A stretch of 64,000 bases of DNA from Bacteroidota bacterium. Lineage in GTDB: Bacteria > Bacteroidota > Bacteroidia > UKL13-3. Of this stretch, positions 56,398-64,000 are shown piece after piece. The stretch spans positions 14,668-78,667 of the forward strand of contig JBKCPL010000057.1 of assembly GCA_046309355.1 (NCBI GenBank), read 5' to 3'. Positions within the stretch are counted from its first letter, which is position 1, and each line of letters begins with the position of its first letter. The position numbers were made by a program, and so were the translations under genes. The notes under the pieces are model-generated. The model was not told the DNA's origin. It did no database searches and worked only from the letters and a program-made list of their open reading frames with translations.

Positions 56398-59300
56398 GCG
56401 AGAAGTGGTAAACAGGCTTTTTGTTTACTTCCATGTCCTGAATTCCCCAGGCTATGTCAAAGCGCATAAAGTACCCTAATAGCTTAGAGCGCAAACCGGT
56501 ACCATAACCCATCACTATGGGCTCGCGCACGTTTATGACTGTGGCCCGTAGGTAGGCTACTTCTACAATTTTCTGATTGAAGGTATTGTCTTCGCTGTAT
56601 GGGTCAGACCCAATCCATGCTGTTCCTATATCGTAAAACGGTACCACTTGAAAATGCTGAATAAAATCGGAACGAATGGGACGGTTTAGCAAGTAAGCAA
56701 ATACGGGCCAGCGAATTTCATTGTTTATCACCGCAAAGCTGCTTCCGTTTCGAATGTTCTGTGCAAAGCCACGCATGTTGGTAGCCAGAGCCTGAAAGGC
56801 ATAATTTTCAGTAACGGGTGCCTGATTGGAATTGTCGGTTTGTGGAAACAACCAGTTATCTACTCCGCCCATCACATAGCGTACCTTGGCCGGTCCGAAT
56901 GAAGTGTTGTATGTAGCACGTGTGGCAAAAATGAGTTGACGGTGAATTTTTTGATAGTGTCGGGCATCAAATCCGATAGCGTTCAACTGTACATTCGTAT
57001 TTGATAGGTTCACGTAACGTTCGTAGAACAATTTAAATTTTGTACCGTTCCACAAATTCAGTCCGCAGGGGATGGAATTGTCAAGCACCAATTCGGCTTT
57101 TCCGCCTCCCCAGTAGGTAAATTGATCGGGCTTTTCAAGCGTTGCATTGTTTACCGAACGAAAAACATCGCGGTCCATTCGGCCAAATGTGCTTACACGT
57201 AAACTCCACACCGGATTGAGCGGAAACTTGATTTGATAGCGCAACTCGTGTAACGTATTGCGAACGGGTGTGGCACCATCTGACCCGTTGCGCACCTGCC
57301 TGTAAAATGTAATGCTTTGGTCGAGCCTGCGCTTCAGCGTTTCGTAAGTGATAAAATAATCAATACCACTGAGGTCGAACGAAAAACGGAAACCACCCGT
57401 GAGGCGGTAATCTTCAAATAGGTCAACCATGCCCAGCTTAAACATGCTGTTTAGTCCGGGGTTAAAAATATTGTCGCTGCCTGCCGTGATGGGCTGGTAG
57501 TAGGTATTGATGATGGAGTTGTCAATTTGTGCAACAAAGTAGTCGGAAAAGAAGGTTACATCGTAAAAACGTGATGCACTTATTTTTATTCCTTTCGTTT
57601 GTTTATCAGTTGATACGCCTGTGTTGCGTACTACTATCTCTTCAGCCTTAGTGCCCGGTTCGGTAAATTCGCTGATGAAGTAGTAGTCGTATTTTTCTTT
57701 TACTTCTTTGGGTTGTTCGGTTGGTGTAGTGGTTGATGGCAGAGCTGTCATAAACCTGCGGTCGCTGTATATAGCTTTGCCTTGAGTAAATGGCTTGGTG
57801 GCTTTACCTGATTTCAGCCGTGCCATAGTTGGGTAACTTTCTGTGCGTGATCCTTTGCCAGGCACATCCGGCTCAACGGGCGATTTGCGATACGAATACT
57901 TGCCGTTAAACAGAATAAGGTCAATCACTTCGCGTGTTTGTGTGCTTATGTCGTGTGCCAGTATTCCGCGTTTGTAATCGGTAAGCGGGTAGGTAAATAC
58001 TATGTCTTTTTCGTGCACAATGGTATCTATGGAGATTACGTTGCTGTCGAGCTGAATGGATTTGCCGTTGTACACAAATACCTGCCCGAAATTATCCAGC
58101 TGATCAAAATACAGTGTGTCTGCCGGTTTTTCAGGATTGGTGTAGTTAATGCGCAATTCGGTAAAGTCGTATTCGCTTTGTATGCGAACAGCATACCGGT
58201 TCTTAATGCCGTTGTAGTCCGAAATATACGCGTAGTAATTGTTGTCGTACTCAATCGGGTGAGTTTCGTTGATATAAGGTGTGTACGTTAGGCGTTTCAG
58301 TCGCGGGCCCTGATTTTCCATATCGTACAGGTACACATCAAAGCTGTTTTCTTCAGGCAAAACCTGAGGCGGAGGCAAATTCAGCGAATCGGAATGGCGG
58401 TTTGAACTAAAGATGATTTTGGTGCCGCCATCGGCAAAGGTGGGATACGCTTCATCAAACGGGTCATTGGTTAGTTGCCTTTCCTTGCGCGATTTCAGAT
58501 CGTAGGCATACAGGTCGGATTGCCCCTTACGAATGGCAGACATTACAAGTGTGCGTTCATTGGAGGAATAAGCCAGTCCCGTTACTTTATCAAACTTTAC
58601 CAGCCATATTTTTTCCCGGGCTTTAGTTACCAGGTCGTAAGTATGCAGCAGTATTTTGCCTTTATGTTCGGTAACAAAGGCTAGTTTTTCACCACCCGGG
58701 TGCCAGGCAATAACCGGAAACGAGTGGTCGATTACACGCTGATAATACTTTACCCCACCACGGAATATTTTTTTTGTTCGTGCAGTTTTGGTATCCATAA
58801 GCCACACTTTGTACTTGCCGTTTTTGTTGGTGGTATAAGCCAGGTGCGAACCGCGTGCGCTTACACGCATCTGTTGCTCCAGTATGGGCTGAAAGCGTCT
58901 TTTAATTTTCAGCGAGTCGTACGTCAGCGTTCGCAGCGAATCGTCTTTGGCATACAATCCGGCATAGTAGGAGTACCAGTCCTTACTGGTTTTTTTCATG
59001 TTATCTCCCGTCAGATACATTAGTGCATTATCGTAATTGCGGCTGATGCGGGTAACATATATCATGTTGGAAATAACCTCTACACCGTATTTATCGGTCA
59101 GAAATTTCCAGAAACTTAGGCCGGCCAGTTCTTCGTGGCGTTGCAGCAGCCTGTTGAATCGTTTTATTTTTCCGGAAATGATCAAATCTTTTAAGTGATT
59201 GTCGTGGTCTTCGTTCCACTTGTTACCGATGTAATCTACCAACCCGAATAAATACCAGTCGGGGAGGCTGAGCAACGCTGCATTTTGTATGCGTTCCTGA

Positions 59301-59770
59301 ATATTTCCGCCAAACAGTAATTCGTTGATAAGCACGAGGGAAATGCCCGAGCGCAGCTGTTGGGCAAAGTGTGCACGGTTTCCGTTGAAGTAAAGAATAA
59401 TTTTATTGGATGTTACCTGCGAAAAACCTCCCGTATTGGCCACATCATTGGCAATACCAAAATTCGACTGCTTGTAATCGGATAAGGTATTGTAACACAC
59501 AATTTCGATACGACCGCTCAGGCGATGATCAATAATACGTTCAATCTCATACAGCTCGGTTTCGGCAGTGCGAATGGCAAATGTGGCCAGTTCTTTGCCT
59601 CCGGCATAGTGGTAGGCATCAAAATTTTCGGAACGCAAAAACGACCATTCAAATTTGCCGTATTGCACCCTGTTTTGCCCAAATGGGGTGTACATGCCCT
59701 GCGCTAAAAGGTGCAGCGGAATACCTGCAGCTATCAGGCATATACATGCTATGTAGTAACGAATCAGCAA
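56381..59770 (-). CDS. 1129-aa outer-membrane protein with TolB-like PD40 beta-propeller repeats and C-terminal beta-barrel-like region
   Basis: Signal peptide; PD40 repeat signatures (DLYAYDLKSRKERQLTNDPFDEAYPTFADGGTKIIFSSNR); C-terminal ...FSLSLDF. Confidence 0.45.
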   Translation of the reverse strand: MLIRYYIACICLIAAGIPLHLLAQGMYTPFGQNRVQYGKFEWSFLRSENFDAYHYAGGKELATFAIRTAETELYEIERIIDHRLSGRIEIVCYNTLSDYKQSNFGIANDVANTGGFSQVTSNKIILYFNGNRAHFAQQLRSGISLVLINELLFGGNIQERIQNAALLSLPDWYLFGLVDYIGNKWNEDHDNHLKDLIISGKIKRFNRLLQRHEELAGLSFWKFLTDKYGVEVISNMIYVTRISRNYDNALMYLTGDNMKKTSKDWYSYYAGLYAKDDSLRTLTYDSLKIKRRFQPILEQQMRVSARGSHLAYTTNKNGKYKVWLMDTKTARTKKIFRGGVKYYQRVIDHSFPVIAWHPGGEKLAFVTEHKGKILLHTYDLVTKAREKIWLVKFDKVTGLAYSSNERTLVMSAIRKGQSDLYAYDLKSRKERQLTNDPFDEAYPTFADGGTKIIFSSNRHSDSLNLPPPQVLPEENSFDVYLYDMENQGPRLKRLTYTPYINETHPIEYDNNYYAYISDYNGIKNRYAVRIQSEYDFTELRINYTNPEKPADTLYFDQLDNFGQVFVYNGKSIQLDSNVISIDTIVHEKDIVFTYPLTDYKRGILAHDISTQTREVIDLILFNGKYSYRKSPVEPDVPGKGSRTESYPTMARLKSGKATKPFTQGKAIYSDRRFMTALPSTTTPTEQPKEVKEKYDYYFISEFTEPGTKAEEIVVRNTGVSTDKQTKGIKISASRFYDVTFFSDYFVAQIDNSIINTYYQPITAGSDNIFNPGLNSMFKLGMVDLFEDYRLTGGFRFSFDLSGIDYFITYETLKRRLDQSITFYRQVRNGSDGATPVRNTLHELRYQIKFPLNPVWSLRVSTFGRMDRDVFRSVNNATLEKPDQFTYWGGGKAELVLDNSIPCGLNLWNGTKFKLFYERYVNLSNTNVQLNAIGFDARHYQKIHRQLIFATRATYNTSFGPAKVRYVMGGVDNWLFPQTDNSNQAPVTENYAFQALATNMRGFAQNIRNGSSFAVINNEIRWPVFAYLLNRPIRSDFIQHFQVVPFYDIGTAWIGSDPYSEDNTFNQKIVEVAYLRATVINVREPIVMGYGTGLRSKLLGYFMRFDIAWGIQDMEVNKKPVYHFSLSLDF

Positions 59771-59852
59771 GCACTCAAAGGTGGGTAAAAATTAGCGTTT
59801 ATACAATACGAGTCAGGTAAACTTTACGAGCATATTTCAGGTTTGTGCAATA

Positions 59853-60515
59853 ATGCTATACTTGCATGGATTTATGCTGCACTTGGCTTCATTTACTTTC
59901 AATCCGTTTCAGGAAAATACATACGTTGTTTACCACGAACAAACACGCGAGTGCGCCATTGTGGATGCCGGCTGTTTTGAGCCCCACGAACAGCGCGAGT
60001 TGCAAGCTTTTTTAAAGTTGCATAGCCTGGTGCCTACCCTGCTGGTGAATACTCATGCACACATTGACCATGTATTGGGCAATGCTTACATTATGGAAAC
60101 TTACGGACTGCCTCTTCATATTCACCGCGATGAATTATCAACGTATGAAGATGCGAATAAGTGGACTGCCATGCTGGGCATGCCACCGCTGGCAGTTCCC
60201 GAACACCTCGTTTATCTGCAGCCCGGAACCTGCATAACGATGGCCGGTGCCGAGTGGCAGGTGCTGTTTACTCCGGGCCACAGTGCAGCATCGGTAAGCT
60301 TATTTCAGCCACACACACAATGGCTGCTAGCCGGTGATGTGCTGTTTCGCGAAAGCATTGGCCGCACCGATTTGCCGGGTGGAAATTTTGATACGCTGAT
60401 TGACAGCATTCGCACACAGTTGCTGGTGTTGCCCGATGATACCACCGTTTATTCTGGACACGGTCCCGCAACCACTATCGGGCACGAACGAAGGTTTAAT
60501 CCGTTTTTAACCTGA
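59853..60515 (+). CDS. MBL-fold metallo-hydrolase (glyoxalase-II-like)
   Basis: HAHIDHV metal-binding motif. Confidence 0.75.
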   Translation: MLYLHGFMLHLASFTFNPFQENTYVVYHEQTRECAIVDAGCFEPHEQRELQAFLKLHSLVPTLLVNTHAHIDHVLGNAYIMETYGLPLHIHRDELSTYEDANKWTAMLGMPPLAVPEHLVYLQPGTCITMAGAEWQVLFTPGHSAASVSLFQPHTQWLLAGDVLFRESIGRTDLPGGNFDTLIDSIRTQLLVLPDDTTVYSGHGPATTIGHERRFNPFLT

Positions 60516-60573
60516 AAAATCTGTACAATTCAAAAAAAATGCGATTATTGACACCCGAAAACGCTACAAGAGT

Positions 60574-63357
60574 TTGGGCAAAATAATTTATACCGGTGTG
60601 TTGCTTCTTGGCATGTGCCTGATGGCAGCGGCACAAACTACTATTACCGGCAAGGTAAAAGACAAGCGCACAGGCGAGGCCATGATAGGTGCAGTGGTTA
60701 CGGTGAAAGGAACTACACTGGGTGCTGCCACCGATTACGATGGTCAGTTCACGTTAAAATTAACTGTACCGCTTCCGGTAACGTTGCGGATAAGCAGCCT
60801 GGGCTATGCCACCGAGGAAATTCAGGTGAGCAATACGGCAAAACCATTAACCATTTTGCTGGCCGAAGAAGTAAAAGAATTAAAAACGGTAGAAATACGC
60901 GATACGCGCATTACCCAAAAACAAAAGCAAACACCGCTTACAGTTGAAACGATGGATGCCGTTACCATCAAAGAAACTCCGGCAGCTAATTTTTATGAAG
61001 GTCTTGCGCATTTAAAAGGAGTCGACTTAACCTCGGCCAGTATCGGTTTTAAGATTATAAATACCCGCGGATTTAACAGTACCTCACCGGTACGTTCGCT
61101 ACAACTCATCGATGGAGTAGATAACCAATCGCCCGGATTGAATTTTTCGCTCGGTAATTTTTTAGGCGCATCCGAACTCGATATTCAAAAAGTAGATTTG
61201 ATAGTAGGTGCCAGTGGCGCGTATTATGGCCCCAATGCCTTTAACGGGGTAATTAATATGCAAACCAAATCGCCTTTCTTGTTTCCGGGATTGAGCATAA
61301 TGGCCAAAGTAGGCGAACGCAATTTGTATGAAGGCGGTTTCAGATGGGCTCAGGTATTTAAAGGGAAAGATGGCAAGGAACGTTTTGCTTACAAAATAAA
61401 CATGTTTTGGATGCAGGCCCGCGACTGGGAAGCTACCAACTACGATGCTACCATTCAGTCGCCAGTAGATGCCCGAAACCCCGGCAGATACGATGCCGTG
61501 AATCGCTATGGAGATGAGTACACCACCAATCGTTTCAGGCAAACCGGAATTACATACATAGGATATGGATATGCACTAAGAAGAGGTTACAATGAAGAAG
61601 ATTTGGTAGATTACAACACACGCAACCTGAAAACGAATGCCATGCTGCATTACCGCTTTGGCAAAGATTGGGAATTATCAGCCGGCAGCAGTTTCAGTAC
61701 CGGCACTACTATTTATCAGGGCGATAACCGTTTTAGCCTGCGCGATATTTTATTTTTTCAGCACAAAGCTGAGGTACGAAAAGAAAACAAATTTTTTGCA
61801 CGGGCTTACGTTACGCACGAAGATGCCGGGCGCAGCTACGATGCATACAGCACAGCCATTCTGTTGCAGAACTATTCGAAAACAGATGCCAACTGGGCAC
61901 AAACCTATGCCGAGAAGTGGAATGCACTCATTTTTAACCGCATGAATGCGCTGAGACCTCCAATTGGTTCGCAACCACCCGGTACAAATTATACTGATTA
62001 TGCCAACCAGTTTATGTATCAAAACTATTACGACTCACTGGTTTTATGGCATCGTATTCTCAATGATTCTACTGATTTCGGGAAGCCACATCCGCAGCGC
62101 GGGGGTATTGACTTTTACCAACCGGGCACTGCCCGTTTCGACTCGGCATTCAATTCCATTACCACCACCTCAAACCGAAAAGGCGGATCCATGCTCATCG
62201 ACCGTTCAGCTCTGTATCATTTTGCGGCAGAATATAAATTTACCATCCAATCCATCGACTTTACATCGGGGGGCAATTACCGCCAATACCGTCCCTACTC
62301 AGAAGGGACCATATTTTTAGATACAGCCGAAAATCAACGCATCACTAACTGGGAAATAGGCATGTATCTAGGGGCAGAAAAAAAATTATTTGACAACAAA
62401 GTAAAAGTGAGCTTTACCAACCGATTAGATAAAAACGTTAATTTCAGCTTGCTGTGGTCACCGGCTGCCACCATTGTATATACCCACAAAGAACACGTGC
62501 TGCGCGCTTCGTTTTCATCGGCTATCCGCAATCCAACATTATCCGATCAATACATCAACCTCAATGTAGGAAGGGCCACATTGCTGGGCAATCTTTCAGG
62601 ATTCGACAGCTTGGTTACTACTTCTTCCATTCTTGAGGCCATAAACGCATTACCTACAGCGGATAGAAGCAAACTTCAGTATTTTAATGTAGAAGCGGTA
62701 AGGCCTGAACGAGTAAGAACACTAGAATTCGGATACCGAACTACCATCAAGCAAAAGTTATTTATTGACATGAGTTATTACCGCAGCTGGTATACAGATT
62801 TCATTGGGTTTATTATCGGGGCTCAACTTGACTGGCCGGTGGGTGATTTTATAAGGCGTATAAATGTATACCGGGTATCGGCCAATGCACAAACTGAAGT
62901 AACCACACAAGGCTTTACCATTGGTGCTAATTATTTCTGGCGAAAGTATTTAGGGTTTAGTGCCAATTACTCGTGGAACCGGCTGGAAAAGGCCGATGAG
63001 CGCGACCCGCTAATTCCCGCATTCAACACACCTGAGCATAAATATAACCTGGGTATTAATGGCCGCGATATAGTAACCCAACTGGGCAATTTTTATATAC
63101 GCGGTTGGGGTTACTCCATCAATTACAAATGGCAAGACGGCTTTATGTTTGAAGGATCTCCACAGTTTACCGGTGAAGTGCCTGCCTACGACATGGTGGA
63201 TGCACAAATCAGTAAAAAATACGAAAAGCTGCATTCAACCGTAAAACTGGGAGCCAGCAATTTGCTCGATAACCGAGTTTTTCAGGTATATGGCGGTCCC
63301 CGCGTGGGTCGTCTGGTCTATTTTTCCATACTTTTTGAGTTGGATGGCAGAAAATAG
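60574..63357 (+). CDS. TonB-dependent receptor with N-terminal carboxypeptidase-regulatory-like domain
   Basis: Signal peptide, CarbopepD_reg-like, plug and 22-strand barrel regions, C-terminal aromatic-rich strands. Confidence 0.8.
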   Translation: MGKIIYTGVLLLGMCLMAAAQTTITGKVKDKRTGEAMIGAVVTVKGTTLGAATDYDGQFTLKLTVPLPVTLRISSLGYATEEIQVSNTAKPLTILLAEEVKELKTVEIRDTRITQKQKQTPLTVETMDAVTIKETPAANFYEGLAHLKGVDLTSASIGFKIINTRGFNSTSPVRSLQLIDGVDNQSPGLNFSLGNFLGASELDIQKVDLIVGASGAYYGPNAFNGVINMQTKSPFLFPGLSIMAKVGERNLYEGGFRWAQVFKGKDGKERFAYKINMFWMQARDWEATNYDATIQSPVDARNPGRYDAVNRYGDEYTTNRFRQTGITYIGYGYALRRGYNEEDLVDYNTRNLKTNAMLHYRFGKDWELSAGSSFSTGTTIYQGDNRFSLRDILFFQHKAEVRKENKFFARAYVTHEDAGRSYDAYSTAILLQNYSKTDANWAQTYAEKWNALIFNRMNALRPPIGSQPPGTNYTDYANQFMYQNYYDSLVLWHRILNDSTDFGKPHPQRGGIDFYQPGTARFDSAFNSITTTSNRKGGSMLIDRSALYHFAAEYKFTIQSIDFTSGGNYRQYRPYSEGTIFLDTAENQRITNWEIGMYLGAEKKLFDNKVKVSFTNRLDKNVNFSLLWSPAATIVYTHKEHVLRASFSSAIRNPTLSDQYINLNVGRATLLGNLSGFDSLVTTSSILEAINALPTADRSKLQYFNVEAVRPERVRTLEFGYRTTIKQKLFIDMSYYRSWYTDFIGFIIGAQLDWPVGDFIRRINVYRVSANAQTEVTTQGFTIGANYFWRKYLGFSANYSWNRLEKADERDPLIPAFNTPEHKYNLGINGRDIVTQLGNFYIRGWGYSINYKWQDGFMFEGSPQFTGEVPAYDMVDAQISKKYEKLHSTVKLGASNLLDNRVFQVYGGPRVGRLVYFSILFELDGRK

Positions 63358-63430
63358 TCAGGTGATTTATGCAGTTAATACCATTTTTTTTGTTTCTTGC
63401 TCCTTGAAATACAAACCAATAAAAATCAAT

Positions 63431-64000
63431 ATGAAGAAAATTCTACTGAATTTCGTATTCACAATGGTGCTTTTAGCTCTGGGAGCTATGGCACAGGCTC
63501 AGGTTCGCTTTGTTGAACCTGTATTTACCAATGTTACACGCACGTCAAACGTTGAGTATGACACCAACCGCTCAGTTAACATTCTGTTCGGTCAGGTTCC
63601 CGGACAGCTGCCTATTATTACCGTGAGCTTAAAATGCGATATTTACCAGCCCGAAGGCGATACGCTAGCTGAGCGCCCGGTAATTATTCTGGCACACACA
63701 GGCAGCTACCTGCCCGCTATCATCAACCGTCAGCCCACAGGCAACAAAGATGACAGTACCATAGTAGAACTGGCAACTCGTTTCGCCAAAATGGGCTATG
63801 TGGTGGTTGCTCCAAATTACCGTTTGGGATGGAATGCACAAACGACCAATTCGGAAATAGCTACGGAGCAATTGCTGAAAGCAACTTACCGTGCCGCACA
63901 AGATATACGCAACTGCGTGCGCTTCTTAAATGCGAATGCATCTACTTACAAAATCGATGCCGACAAAATTACTGTAGGTGGTCAGGGCACCGGTGGTTAC
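63431..64000 (+). CDS. secreted alpha/beta-hydrolase (esterase)-like protein, 3'-truncated by window end
   Basis: Signal peptide MKKILLNFVFTMVLLALGAMAQA; open to window edge. Confidence 0.4.
   Translation, partial: MKKILLNFVFTMVLLALGAMAQAQVRFVEPVFTNVTRTSNVEYDTNRSVNILFGQVPGQLPIITVSLKCDIYQPEGDTLAERPVIILAHTGSYLPAIINRQPTGNKDDSTIVELATRFAKMGYVVVAPNYRLGWNAQTTNSEIATEQLLKATYRAAQDIRNCVRFLNANASTYKIDADKITVGGQGTGGY

Noticed and set aside
1-64000. CRISPR arrays, rRNA, tRNA genes, IS elements / transposases / integrases
   Set aside because: I scanned for regularly spaced direct repeats, tRNA T-loop/anticodon-arm signatures and transposase or integrase-like ORFs. None were found. The only repeat pair is the 153-bp ndk duplication.

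Overview
This 64-kb window looks like a Bacteroidota (Sphingobacteriia/Chitinophagia-like) chromosomal segment. The inference rests on T9SS C-terminal sorting domains, SusC-like TonB receptors, the DUF4834/DUF3108/DUF5686 families and the BatA-like double-TM protein. Most of the window is ordinary housekeeping: ndk, purK, fabG, pgk, maeB, pyrF, the purM-like gene, galE-rfbB, menB-menD, murI, purQ, gltX, a cyclophilin, recR, tdk, rfbA, a sodium:solute symporter (SSS) and a TonB-dependent receptor. There are two carotenoid loci (crtI; crtY-crtZ), several T9SS cargo proteins and a set of Bacteroidota-specific hypotheticals. The one clearly unusual region is a ~5.6-kb, visibly AT-richer island at 626-6212. 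It sits between ndk and purK and is bounded by a 153-bp direct repeat (152/153 identical) that duplicates the ndk promoter plus the first 24 ndk codons. The island carries a divergent XRE-HTH regulator, a tail-fiber/intramolecular-chaperone domain protein, two small outer-membrane beta-barrel proteins, a 705-aa T9SS cargo protein with an unusual double sorting-domain architecture, and a beta-barrel pseudogene. It has no integrase. It is the best candidate in the window for a horizontally acquired, not yet described surface-protein system, and should be treated as a hypothesis. I see no CRISPR array, rRNA or convincing tRNA gene.
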